Shown here one piece after another: positions 45,285 to 59,705 of a stretch of DNA of 64,000 nt. The DNA comes from the human T2T-CHM13v2.0 reference genome, Homo sapiens, in NCBI RefSeq assembly GCF_009914755.1, contig NC_060927.1; one strand, written 5' to 3'. The stretch's first letter is position 1, and each line of letters opens with the position of its first letter. Position numbers and translations under genes: made by a program. The notes beneath the pieces were generated by a model, which saw nothing but the letters and a program-made list of their open reading frames with translations, ran no database searches and was not told where the DNA came from.

Positions 45285-45465
45285 CCTGAACTATGGACTG
45301 TGGACCAGCAGCATCAGCATCAACTAAGGCTGGGTTAGAAATGCCCTGTCTCTGGTTTCATCCCAGACCCCCTGAATCAGAGTCTCCAAGCATCAGACCC
45401 AGGAATCTGTATTTTAACAAGCTTTTCCAGGTAGTTTTATGAATGCTAAAGTGTGAGAAGCATCA
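45285..45465. mobile_element. MER5A-type hAT MITE
   Basis: GGACCAGCAGCATCAGCATCA...CCCAGACCCCCTGAATCAGA...CCCAGGAATCTGTATTTTAACAAGC. Confidence 0.8.
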
Positions 45466-45895
45466 ATCTAGCATGTGGAGTGTGTCATACCCTCAAACCA
45501 TGGTTCAAACCAAACTTGCCCATCGCCCTGATATAGTCATTACCATGACAGCCTCTTTCACTTCCAACCTGTATGTTTTAGAAACTTAACCATGAATGAA
45601 GCCCAAGTTCACATCCTTTCTCAGCTCCTGACAGTCTTTCACAAGCTGCCGGGATACTTCAGAATTACTAGTTTAAAATATAGGGCTGGGAATGTAATAT
45701 GGAATTAAACATAAATAGATTTCATAGTCAAAGACTCATGACACCCACAAATGTGCTGAAAAAGATTTATATTCAACCAACAATATTTTACATTTTGATA
45801 AGCTGTTTGAAAAATGTTTCCAAAGCTTATTATAAGAGATCATGTCATTTTCTCTGCTCACACAGCGGAGTAAAGGGTAGAGCTGACATTACTCC

Positions 45896-45982
45896 CATTT
45901 GATAGAAAAGGAATCTGAGGCCCAGTAGAACATGTTCTGAGAATAATAATTTCAATCTGGAAATCTTCCTATGCATTATCAG
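45896..45982 (+). repeat. 87-bp dispersed direct repeat, copy 2
   Basis: 85/87 identical to 40675-40761; the left end is continuous with MIR-like ATTACTCCCATTTGATAGAAAAGGAATCTGAGGCCCAG. Confidence 0.95.
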
Positions 45983-45988
45983 ACTTCA

Positions 45989-46242
<254 letters not shown>

Positions 46243-47207
46243 TTTTTTTTCAAAACCTTTCTGGTGGAGTGCGTTGCTAAGGTCCACAGTCAGGAGGAAT
46301 GTCTATCTATTGAATCAGATTAGTCTGTCCTCTGGCATTCCATCTATGGGAACTTTCAACCCCACATGAAGTGGGAGGTCCAGTTCCCACACAGGCAACA
46401 GGGACAGAAGGGATACATTCTCCATTTTCTGGAGTTCCACCAGGCACCAGGACCATCTTTCAGTGGGCAGATGACCCAATACCCCACTGGAAGCCCAACA
46501 GTGTTTTGATTTTAATGACTCCTAAGCTGAAGATGTCCCACTTAAACCAAAGCTGGGCAACCACTCAGCAGTTGGTTAATACTTAGACTATTTAGTCATT
46601 TGAAACAATGCAATTAAGGATGAATCATGGCTCAGTAACCTAAACAAAATCAAATTAACAAATGGGAAGCACTCCCTTTGGTCTGGGAGGCTAATTCATA
46701 ACCTCTCACCTCAAAGTTCCCTGAACCTTTTATAGATTTCAGGGCACCCAGACTCCGAACTCCTTCCCCATTTCAGCACAGACTCAGTTGTGGCTCCTGG
46801 GTTTACAGCTGATGACTGAAAGGAGAGGGCACTCTGAAGGGGCTGGCCATGGGCACCGGTATTATAGGGAAGTGGATATTTGTGCAGACATTGGGATCAT
46901 GCAGACTACAACATGAGTCCCAGCTCTACCCTTTACTACTAGCAAAGTGACTTTGGATGAGTTATTTAATCAGTTTTCCTGTCTGAAATATTGAAATAAG
47001 AATAGTAACTTGCGTGTGTGTGTATACATGTGTATGTGTGTATGTATATATGTGTGTGTGTGTGTTAGTGCATATATATCCATTTATATATAACCACACA
47101 CATATACTACACATTATCTAGTAAGGATAACTATTAATTTGTTATGCTTTTGAATCAAGTCTAAAATACCATTGCAGAAGCATAACTCATTACCAGATAG
47201 TTTCCTA

Positions 47208-47512
<305 letters not shown>

Positions 47513-47584
47513 TCAATAGGATCATAGGAACCTGGAATGTAAAAGAAGTTTACCTGGTATTTTGGGTTTTTAATAATTTCTATA

Positions 47585-48860
47585 TTTTAATTTTTGTGGG
47601 TACATAGTAGGTGTGTATATTTATGGGGTACATGAGGTGTTTTGATATGGGCATGCAATGCACAATCATCATATTATGTAAAATGGGGTATCAATCCTCT
47701 CAAGCATTTATCCTTTGTGTTACCATCATCCAATCATACTCTTTTAGTTATTTGAAAATGTACAGTTAAATTATTATTGTCTATAGTCACCCTGTTGTGG
47801 TATCAAATACTAGATCTTAATCTTTCTATTTTTTTTTTTTGTACCCATTAACCATCTCCATCTCCCTGGCATCCTCCCACCACCCTTCCCAGCCTCTGGT
47901 AACCATCCTTCTACCCTCTGTCTCCATGAGTTCAATTGTTGTGATGTTTAGATCTCACAAATAAATGAGAACAAGCAATGTTTGTCTTTCTATGCCAGGC
48001 TTATTTCACTTAGCATAATGACCTCCAGTTCCATCCATGTTGTTGCAAATGACAAGATCTCATTCCTTTATTATGGCTGAATAGTACTCCATTGTGTATA
48101 AGCACCACATTTTCTTTATCCATTCATCTGTTGATGGACACTTAGGTTGCTTCTAAATCTTGGCTATTGCCAACAGTACTGCAACAAACATGGGAGTACA
48201 GATATCTCTTCAATACACTGATTTCCTTTCTTTTGGGTACATACCCAGCAGTAGGATTGCTGAATCATATGGTAGCTCTGTTTTTAGTTTTTTGAGGAAC
48301 CTCCAAGCTGTTCTCTATAGTGGTTGTATTAATTTACATTCCCACCAACAGTGTATGAGAGTTCCCTTTTCTCCACATCCTCATCAGCATTTGTTATTGC
48401 CTGACTTTTGGATATAAGCCATTTTAACTGGGGTGAGATGGTATCTCTTTGTAATTTTCATTTGCCTTTCTCTGATGATCAATGACGTTGAACATCTTTT
48501 CATGTGCCTATTGGCTACTTATGTCTTCTTTTGAGAAATGTCTATTCAAATATCTTTCCCCTTTTAAATTGAATTATTAGATTTTTTACTATAGAGTTGT
48601 TGAGCTTCTTATATATTCTGGTTATTAATCCCTTGTCAGATGGATAGTTTGCAAATATTTTCTCCCATTTTGCGGGTTGTCGCTTCACTCCGTTTTTTGT
48701 TTCCTTTGTTTTGCAGAAGCTTTTTAACTTGATGTGATCCCATTTGTTCATTTTTGCATTGGTTGCCTGTGTTTGTACGGTATTGCTCAAGAATTTTTTG
48801 GCCCATACCAATGGCCTAGAGAGTTTCTCCGATGTTTTCTTGTAGTTTCACAGTTTTACA
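47585..48860 (-). mobile_element. L1MA (L1MA1-3-like) 3' fragment, including ORF2 C-terminal remnant
   Basis: 3' end TTTTTGTGGGTACATAGTAGGTGTGTATATTTATGGGGTAC; ORF 48542-48811 encodes [11 protein letters not shown]...[26 protein letters not shown], typical of L1 ORF2p. Confidence 0.95.
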
Positions 48861-49017
48861 GTTTTTTAGAACTTGATCCATGGAAACATGCTGACTTGTC
48901 CAAGTTTGTGCCATTTGAGACAAAAGTGTGAATGGGATCTGTCCCCATCCAGTAATCAATTTCTCTTCAAAACAGAGAGAAGCCAGCTTTTCCCATCTGA
49001 AAAGATGTGTTCTCTAT

Positions 49018-49557
49018 AGCAGTATAATTCAGCAGAAATATAATGTGAGTTATATAAGTAATTTTAAATTCTCTAGTAGTCACCTTTTAAAATGTAAAAA
49101 CAGGTAAAATTAAGTGTAAAAATATATTCTATTAAATCCAATATACCTAAAATACTACCATTTCAACATATAATCAATATAAAATTTATTAGTGACATAT
49201 TATACATTATTTTTTGTACTCCATCTTTGAAATCCAGAGTGTGTCTTACTCTTAAAGTACCTCGCATTTCAGATGCCAAGTTTTCATCAGACATATTTGA
49301 CCTGTATTTAGATTTCATAAAATTTACAGGCAAAAAGATATATCTCCATACCCAAGTTATTCCAAACATACTTAAAGCTTTCCAATATCTAATTTAGTAT
49401 TAATTTTTAAATGAAAATTAATTAATATTAAATAAAATTTAAAATTCAATTCATCAGTTGCACTAGCCATACATTTCAAGGCTACATTTGTATGGCTACA
49501 TTTCAAAGGCTTAATAGTCACATGTGGCCAGTAGTTGCCGTATTGGAACGCACAGCT
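49018..49557. mobile_element. hAT-Charlie element (MER33/Charlie5-like)
   Basis: AGAAATATAATGTGAGTTATATAAGTAATTTTAAATTCTCTAGTAG start; CACATGTGGCCAGTAGTTGCCGTATTGGAACGCACAG end. Confidence 0.8.
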
Positions 49558-49576
49558 CTAATCTCTTCCAGCCCTA

Positions 49577-50058
<482 letters not shown>

Positions 50059-50844
50059 TTAACCTGCCTGAACTTCAGTTAGCTCGCACATGAAATGGGG
50101 ATTATAACAATTACTTCATAAAGTTACCAGAATGGTGCACATGCTAGTGAATGTAAAGTGCTGAGTCCAGGACAGGGATAGTAAGTGCAGAATAAAATCT
50201 AGTCCAACAGTTTTTGAACAGGCAGCTCTACATTTCTAGTTGTTTCCATTTAACGAACATAAACACTTTACAAAGAGCTTGTGCTTGATAGTGGAGCCAC
50301 TGCACTTGCCTCTTAATCTCTAGTCATGTTCCTCAGACCTTTGGAAACATTCCCCTGATATCTCTGCAGTTAGAAAGAATCACTACTAGGTGATGTGATG
50401 AGGCCAAATGCTCTTTTTTGACACCACGCTTTTGCATTTGCTGTTCCCTTTTCCTGGAATGCCCTTCCTGGTTCCCTCTTTTTTTGCCTGGCAAATTCCT
50501 ACTCATTTTTCAGAACCTAGTTCAAAGACCCTCGGGACTCTGTCAAACAGAATTATTCAAATCTTCCAAGCATTCTCTCATTTATATACTTCAAAGAAAT
50601 TGAATCTACTTAAAAAAAAATGCAGTTTCCGAGGGGCAGGGAGGAAGAATAGTAGCAATAGTTAACAATAACGATGTCTGTTAATGTCTGGCACTTTACA
50701 TGGATTATTTTATCCAATCCTAATAACAACCCTGAGAGAGGTTATATGATTCTCCTTCAGAAATGAGGAACCCTGGCCGAGTCAGTCCAATTTTAGAGTC
50801 CTGTTTTCAACCACTGTGCAGCACACACTTGCCATTTTGGATAA

Positions 50845-51303
50845 TGTGACAGACCTTGCTATTGCCTCCCTCAAAATCCACTCTCCTTTTTTTCTCAATA
50901 AGAGAACTCCAGATTTGTCTGAGGTATCAGTGTGCCCAGTTAAAGAAATTCATTTCCCCAGACTCCCCTGAAGCTTAGTCATGTGACTCTCATCTGGCCA
51001 ATGAAATGTAAGTGCAAAGTCCACTGTGAAAGGCTCCTGGGACAGATGACTCTGGAGAGGACTTTGTTCCTTATCATTTTTTTCTTGTTCTAGCCTAAAG
51101 TTTGCACCCGATGCCTGGACTCAGAGCAGCCATCTTGTGGCTGTGAAGTCAAAAGAGACACTAGAAGGATTATAAGACAGGGAGCTAGGAGGAACCATGG
51201 TCTTTGAAAGACTTTCTGTTAGGTTACCAATATTAAATCTATTTGATTCAGCCACTACAGTCAGATTTTAGCTACAAGCAGCCAAATGCAATCCGAGTTA
51301 ATA
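50845..51303 (+). mobile_element. MLT1J-type MaLR solo LTR
   Basis: CATTTCCCCAGACTCCCCTG...CATGTGACT...TCTGGCCAATGAAATGTAAG...GAGCAGCCATCTTGTG...GCAGCCAAATGCAATCC. Confidence 0.75.
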
Positions 51304-51716
51304 AAGAGAATTTAGAGCCAGCCAGGAAACCCATCAGGCTACATTTGATTCCTTCCTCTTCACAGATTGCTAATTGTTAGAATCTCTTCTAATGTGGCAT
51401 TTGATGCAGGGACTTAGCTTTGTCATTTCCATGGACTGGACAAGTATCTTTTCCTCTTTGTACAAACTGATTCTGTCACCACCAAGACATTTCCCAAGGA
51501 GAGAGATTTTCTTGGCTGACTGAGGTCATTCTTCCTGGACGACCTGCAGAGTTTCCCACAAATAGCATGGAGATTCATCTGGCAAAACTAAAACTTACAT
51601 GATCAGAGTGGCACAGATTCCTGCCTATCCTTCAGGCCAGAAGCCATGCTGCGTGGAAGCCAGGGGCTCAGAGTTTCCAAAGCCATCAAACAGTCACCTA
51701 CAAATGAAGTCTGTGA

Positions 51717-51944
51717 CAGGGGTTGGCAAACTACAATCAGCAAGCCAAATTCAGCCTGCAGCCTGCTTTTGTAAATTAAGGTTTTTTTTTTTGAAACACG
51801 AACATGCTCATTTGTTTCTATGTTGTTTGTGGATGTCTTTGCACTACAATGGCAGAGTTGAGTGGTTTCAACAGAGACTATACAGCCCATGAGGCCTAAA
51901 ATCTTTGCTCTCTAGATCTCCACAGAAAAAGTTTGCTAATCCCC
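51717..51944. mobile_element. MER58A (hAT-Charlie MITE)
   Basis: TIRs GGGGTTGGCAAACT / AGTTTGCTAATCCC; core CACTACAATGGCAGAGTTGAGT. Confidence 0.9.
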
Positions 51945-52278
51945 ACCTTTGGAGCAACTAGTTACGGAAGAAAGACACGAAAGAGACTAAACAATAAGAA
52001 GAAATGACAACTCCAGCCCCCTTTTACCCATGGCAGCCATAGTGCCAATTAGATTCTTGCTACATTCTGGAAAGTGCATTTGAATGGTCCATTTTGTGAG
52101 TATTCTGAGGGCCCTTAACAACTTTCCTGAGGTGACATCTAGTGACTGATGAAGCCAGGATCATAACCCAATTCCGTCTGCATCTAAAGACCATGATTTT
52201 AATTATTAATCCTTAATCATTACATTATATTCCTCCTCTTAAGCTTAATTCAATCTCTACAGTAAATACTGAAGGTGA

Positions 52279-52621
<343 letters not shown>

Positions 52622-53369
52622 TAAATTTCAAAATGACTATGTGGAAGAAGAAAATTTACTTAGCTCAGACAGGTCCACAACATAGAAGGGTACGTGCCTC
52701 CAAAGATGAGGAGAAGAAAAAGAGATATGGGATCCCAAATGGGGGGAATAAAAGTACTTGTGAGAATAGAGGGATCAATTTCTCTGCTCAAACAGGGCTA
52801 CCTTCAGTGTCAGCTCAGGTGGACGGGCTCCCCAAATAGTGCACCTTTCACTGGGTGACATAGCACCTGAAGTGCCACCATTAGCCCTTCAACTGAAGGA
52901 TGTGCTATCACCAAAGGATAGTGCCAATCTAGTGGGAAGCCGCTGTGGGTCTGAGTCACAGGACTTAGTCTTCACTCCTCACCCTAGCTCCTTGCAAGAT
53001 ATCAGTGACTACGATAAGAATGAGATGACTTCATGCTTGAAAAAAAGAGAAGTATTCAACAGATGTTAAGACAGAGGATCTGTGCTGAGGCCTCGGAATT
53101 TGTAGCATATTTTTAGCCCAGGCAAGTCATACTGTAGGGGAGTACATGTGGAAAGAGCTGGCAGTGTTTGAAGACTTAGTGTTAGTCTAGTGTGAGCCCA
53201 AGGTAGGAGGCAGCCACTGGAAAAGGTAATTTAGTCTCTGGTGTGAATCGAGATATGGTATCCAGGGCATAGGAGATAATAACGTCATGAGGCAGAGCAC
53301 ACCTATTGTGTGTGTAAGTTCCAGGAACTAGCAGTTGAGAAGGTGGAGGTGAAGGATGTGAAGGGTCTG

Positions 53370-54060
53370 GAGACAAACAATTGTCCCTTCATCCCAAAAT
53401 TTTGAGAGCAGGCTATATGCAAGGCATAAGGGTCTTTATTGGATATGCAATCAATTTGACTTTTGAGCAGGGGATACAGATATTAAACCAATTCTCACAC
53501 AAGCGTAGAATTAGGAAGCATGGGCTGTATAATAAGGGAAAGGGCAGAGTGCTGAGGCAGGGGGTAATAGGAACCCTAAGAAAGACTAGTTGTCTGGGAA
53601 GGCCTCTGAGAAGGTGACAGTTTAAACTAAGACCTAAGAGCTCAGTGGGAGGCAGCCTCTCAGTAAGTGACGGAAGAGCATTTCAGGAAGAGGGAACAGC
53701 AAGGACAGAGGCCTGGAGGTGGGAAAGAGCCAGTTGGGAATGGAGAGGAGAGTGTAGCTGGAGCTTCGTGAAGAAAAGGCACTGTTAAATTTTCAGGTAG
53801 GGAGGAGGAGGACGTCTCAGGGCATTAGGCCAATTTAGAGAGTTGGGTTTCAATCCAAGTTCCATGAAGAACCACTGAAGTGTTTTAAGTAGGGACAAGA
53901 TAGGATTATTTATATTTTCTGCTTTGGCTGCCATGGACATTAGAGGAGTCAAAATATCAAAGGCTAGCTATGAGGCTACTGCAATAATCCAGATGAAAGG
54001 GGATGACAATAGCACTGAGCAAAGGCTGGAAGGCCTGGAGAGTTGAGTCCTGGATAAACA
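53370..54060 (-). mobile_element. L2 relic
   Basis: GAAGGCCTCTGAGAAGGTGACAGTT...GAGCATTTCAGGAAGAGGGAACAGC...GAGGCTACTGCAATAATCCAG. Confidence 0.75.
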
Positions 54061-54337
54061 AGTCTTAGGAAGGAATAGAGTGCTTGCCTTCTCATCTCCA
54101 AGGAGCCTGGATGTGAAAGAGGGACTTACTAGACTTACCCTCAGTCTTGCCCAGGAAAGAATAAGTAGCAGTGGCAGGAAGCTATTGAGGAGGAGGTTCC
54201 ACTCAACACACAGAACTTCCAAGCAGGCAGGCATATCTGCTCACAGCTTGGGCTTCCTGGAGAGCAGGAAGTGTCCTAAGACTAGAGATCTTCACCCACA
54301 GCCTGGATCCTGCCTTCCAAAGCATATTGTAGGTTGG

Positions 54338-54633
54338 GGCTTCCAAAATCTTATTCTACAGCCTTACAAAATCAAGAAATGCTCTGGGAGCAAACAGTTC
54401 CGTAGTCAATTAAACATGAGACATATGGTATGCACTGTACCTGTGGTGGGTCACCTCATGCCTGATCACGTTCATCAACAGCACTGAGAAGTCCTGCTGC
54501 TAAGAAATTAACTCAGCAAAGTTTAAGCCACCATTTTTCAAACTTATTTGGCCATGGAACTCTATGCGTACCTGCCTGTTAATATTCTGTGAAACTAGTG
54601 GTCCCTGGAACATCCTTTACGGAACATTACTGT
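54338..54633. mobile_element. hAT-Charlie MITE relic (MER112/Charlie4z-like)
   Basis: AAACTTATTTGGCCATGGAAC...TGTTAATATTCTGTGAAACTAGTGGTCCCTGGAAC. Confidence 0.55.
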
Positions 54634-55031
54634 AGAGAATTTATATGTAAGTTGAAGGGTGGATTCTAACATTTCTCCCAAGCCTACAGTCTGATGTTCT
54701 GTGTTAGGTCTCATTGATTCTTACAGTTTCCTTTCGCAAGTCAGATATTTCTGATAGGAGAGGAGTTCCAGTGTGGAGAATCGTAATGCATGTAAACAGT
54801 GTTGTCTGTGGATTTAAACCTTATTCTCACATTGACTAGGTCAGTGTTTTGAGTACTCTTTAATCTCTGAATATCTGTTTCCTCATCTGTAAAATGGGAA
54901 AAATATTAGTACCAACCACAAAAGTTGTGGGAATGCTTAAATTAAATTAAAGGACAGCAAGCATTCAATTATCGGCAGCATAAAATCAGGAAGGCATAGC
55001 CCTGGGGGTTACCATTACCTAGTAAACCAGG

Positions 55032-55237
55032 CCAGTGATTTTGAAAATACAGCATGCATACCCACATCAGCACCAGCATCCTTTGGAGGACATGTTACAG
55101 TACAGGATGCTAGGCCCTCACCAAGACCTTCTGATACAATGGACCTGAGGTGGGGCCTGAGAATTTGCACTTCTAACAAATTCCCAGATGATGTTGATGC
55201 TGCTGCTGGTCCAGGGACCATACTTTGAGAACCACTG
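55032..55237. mobile_element. MER5A
   Basis: GGGGCCTGAGAATTTGCACTTCTAACAAATTCCCAGATGATG...GGACCATACTTTGAGAACCACTG. Confidence 0.9.
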
Positions 55238-56469
55238 GACTAGATGGGTGCTCAAAATATCTGCAAACTCCTTTCCACTCTGGCCTACAGGATCAGGCTT
55301 AATTTATAGGTTAGTGAGACAAACCCAGAATGACTTTATTGTTATGTAATTTCCTTCTTGGGGCCCAAGCTTGTCTCTAAAAGAGAGCCCCTTCCCCACC
55401 CGACAGGTGCATTAGTGTGTATTGGGGAAGGATACAGGAAGTGCGAACACATTCTGGACGGGGAGGATCATGCTGGCCTGCACATGGTGAGGCCCCTGTG
55501 GTACAGATGCGCTGAATCAAAGACCTGTCTCCCATTTTCCCTCCAGGCCTGGCTTGGCTCCTGGAGAGGCAATTAAACTTTGGTTCCATTTTGAGCCTTT
55601 TTCCACCCAGTTAGGAGCCTCTCTGGAGGATTTTCCTCCTTTCTGGGAGCTCCTGAAAAGACAAGCCCTTTTCTTTGGCTTGTCTCCATTATTCCCAGGG
55701 GTTTATGCATTGAATTTTTTTTTTAATACCCACCCTTTATTTGTGGATTCAAAGTGGTTTTGCAAGTTCTGACACTTTTCCTGGTACCATGTTGAAGACA
55801 GAGGCTGAGGAGATGATCTGAGGGGATGCAGTATTTATGAACTATGATATTTTCTAAAAACACCTGGCATTTATATGAACTAGGGTTTTTAATAAGGTAA
55901 CCTCTCTGAGTTTGGCATTCAAATAGAAAACATGCGTATTGTGCTTTCCTTGCATGTGAGGAATCTCGTTGAAAGTACCCAGCACTCAGATAGTGTTTTT
56001 GTAAACAGTGATGATTTTAGTCTATGGTGAATCCTAAATTAGACACAACATATGCGATATTGCAATATTTAATAATTTCCCTCTGTTTATTTTCGTTCAA
56101 GGAGTTTAATAAATGGGAATGTCATCTTTGTATCACATCACCCCGAAGGACTTTGCTGTGACAGTTGTAATGTGGTGCCCGGAAGGGTGAAGGAACCACA
56201 TAAAGTGCCCAGAGCAGATGGCTGATGGCCGGCTCCTCACTGGTGCATGCCCAGTCTCCCCAGCCCCCAAGTCCCTCCCCGCTAGCTGGATTCCTGTCCT
56301 ACCATAGGAGACTTGGAGCTTCCAACAACATGCTAATATTTTCTTTTTAAATAAAAACGTCACTTTTCTGGAAGGCCTAATATAAACAGCTTCTACTCTT
56401 AAGTCTCCAAGAAGAGATGCTGGAAGAATGGTTTCTTCAAAGGCAAAAGAATCGCAAAAGGGTTTATAC

Positions 56470-56660
56470 AGCAACTGTATGTAAACTTGGGCAAGTTGTT
56501 TAGACTCTCCACCTTCGTTTCCTCACCTGTTAAGTGGGTGGTGGTTGCAGTGGGGTTGCTCACAGAGAATACTTTCCTGCTGGGTCTCCTGAGAGGGATG
56601 AAATGAGATGTTGTCTGTGATGTGTCCAGAACACAGTGGAAGCTCAGAAAATGGTAACTT
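56470..56660 (+). mobile_element. MIR
   Basis: CTTGGGCAAGTTGTTTAGACTCTC...GTTTCCTCACCTGTTAAGTGGG...GGATGAAATGAGAT. Confidence 0.7.
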
Positions 56661-59384
56661 CTTTCCTTGGCATTTCATTTGGTTTCTCATTTCCTCACCA
56701 TCCTCTCATGTGCTCTGAAATCATGGCCAGAGTTTTCATAAATGGTTTTCCTGCCTAGTTTTAAGAAACAGCTTCTTTTCTGAGCTTTGAAGTTCCCAAG
56801 AGACACACAATCCTCTAGCAAACCTCATTCACTAAGACTCATCCATATGAGTCATGGATTTTCTCTCTAGGACCTGAGCATGGTGAGTTCATTTCAACAT
56901 CATCTTAATCCCATGTAACTAACAGCGGTAGAATCAATAAAACCCACGTGTAATGGGAAGACCACAAATCTATTTACCTGTTTGAATCAGGCAAGTACCT
57001 ACCCTGTTGGTGCTCTCATTAAACTGGGAAAACACTTTCCACACCTGGAAATATGAACTGGAAATCTCATCATGAAAGATTTTCTCAATAAATCCCAGGC
57101 GTCACTACATTGTGATTCTCAGGAAAATTTGACCCTTCTTTGTTTTGGTCTGGACTAGAGTCAAAAGCATCTCATAAATGAAAAATCATTTTCAGAAGGC
57201 CTGAAAATGTAGGGCCATTCATTCCAATTGCCACTGGATCCTTTTCATTGTGCTAGCTTCTTTATCGGTAGCATTTTCTTAAAAAAAAAAATCAATGCTC
57301 AACTGACATGAGGCCAAGTTGGTTGACTATGGGAAAAGAAAGTATTGTGTGAAAGAAGAGATTACAGTCGTTGAGAGCTGAAAAAAGTGTAGGAACTGAA
57401 AATCAAGAAAACGGCCTGGAAATTATGCTTGTCTATTTTTTTTTAAAGACAGGAATGAATGAGTTTTCCAGGCCCTTGAGTTTAATTAAAGTCAAAGGAA
57501 TATTTCAAAGGTGAGTCAGAAAAACAGCAGGCGAGACATTGCAGTGGCCGGGATAAGAGACTATGGAGAGTGTTGTGGATAGACAAAGCCAGAAACAAGG
57601 AAAGGAATGGACAGGAAAGCAGGTGGAAACAGAGGGGCAGGGTGGGGGAAGAGGGAAGCAGAGAAGAGGGAAGGGGAGAGGAGGAGTGAGAGGAAGAGTT
57701 TAAAATGTTTTCATATATAATATTAATATATTTTTCTTCACACCAATGCAATCATAAAATATATTTTTAATGGACAAAGGGGCCCCTTATTAAGCTGATT
57801 GCTTCCTACCTCAAACCAACCCACACCCCATCTGCTTCCTCAGGACCATGGGCCTCTGTGAGAGACCAAAACCGGTACCAGACAGACTACTCCAGTGGTT
57901 CAGAGCCACTTGGCCCTCCAACTGCAAAACTTGAATCCATTTTAAAAGCTTTACCACACATTCTTTATACAACGGCTTTGAGAAATTCCATAATAGGCTA
58001 AAAAAATTGCTTTTATCTACTGATGCTTATAACCCGTCTTGCAAAATGACTCAACCTTTCTCTCGGGAGTAATTTATCCTCCAACCTTTTATCCCTGATA
58101 AATTAACCATTTTAATCAAACTATCTAGCTTGAGCATTTTGGGTTGCTGTGTTTTTTTTAAAAAGCAGAGGGAGGGGTGGGGGAGGACCAACCAACAAAC
58201 CAGATGTGGTTGTCTCCAGTTTCAGTTGTTAATGTACAATAAGTTGCAGGTTTCTTATAGTTTCTCGGGGGTAAATCACAAACAAGAATTAGCACATCAC
58301 CAGCCCAGCTTCCTCTCCCCAGCCTGTCTGTTTAAAGTTAAAGTGAACGACGGATTCAAATATCAAAGGCATATTGCCCCTAAATGAGCCAATCAGCTCC
58401 ACATACAGCTGGAAACAAGAGCAGGGGATCATGTTTTTCGATCAATGGACAACTCTTTGAAAGTTTTAATTATACATGGTAACCGTTTATTTTAAGCTAA
58501 ATAATTTTTGCCACTTCTATGTGGGTGACACACACTGCATGTCACCCAGCCTAATCTCTGTCTCAGTCTGCAACGGGTGGTATAAAAATTATATGGATAC
58601 TATGTTCTAGCTTCTTTTCTGTCATTGTGTCCATCTTTTAAGGGAATGGCAAATGCTTGCTATATAATTGTTTGAAGAAATCAATTTTCTGAGAAAGAAA
58701 TCTGTCTGGGTTGACCTGACAAGACAGATTAGAATTGGTTCCCCTGGAGTTGGCAATCTTGTTACTCATCTATGAGGACTGTTTTCCAGGGAAGAGGTGG
58801 GCAGTTTGAGACTGGTTTCAGGCATCAGTTGTGGGGAGAAACAAGTTTGTTATCTGTTCCTGTCAGGGAGATGATGGCCTGGATCCCAGGGGTTCAGGCT
58901 CTGGAGATCACTGCAATGAATCAGTTGTGAGGCAAGCCCTTGAAGCTTCTGCTCTGTGTGATGCAATCTTCCTCACCCATTTGATCTCCCACCCCCAAGT
59001 GATAAATCGCTTCCTCACATGGGGAGATATAGTGGACAGTGTGGATTTGTTGGGCCAGAACACAATCACCCTTAGGAAATCCCTCCTCCTTCCCTCTATC
59101 CATGTGCTCTACCCCTTCTCCCTACAGGATGAGGTGTGATGACCGGCCCAGTCATGGTCAAGAGCCATCCCTCAGGTGAACTTCTAAGTGGGATTCAAGG
59201 TGTAGCAAGCCTATCCTTCCACAGGACTCCTGTATCCTTTGGAATCAAGCCCAGGATTGGAAATCGGGGATACAGCTAGTGAGGAGATGTAGCCCAGCCT
59301 TTGAGAACAGACACACCTACCATTCAAGCAGTTGAGTGACATTGTGCAAATTACTCAACACTCTGAGCCTCACTAATCCTATAA

Positions 59385-59705
<321 letters not shown>

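Noticed and set aside
48542-48811. ORF with real protein similarity
   Set aside because: A fragment of L1 ORF2p in a 5'-truncated L1MA; not a host gene and cannot encode functional RT.
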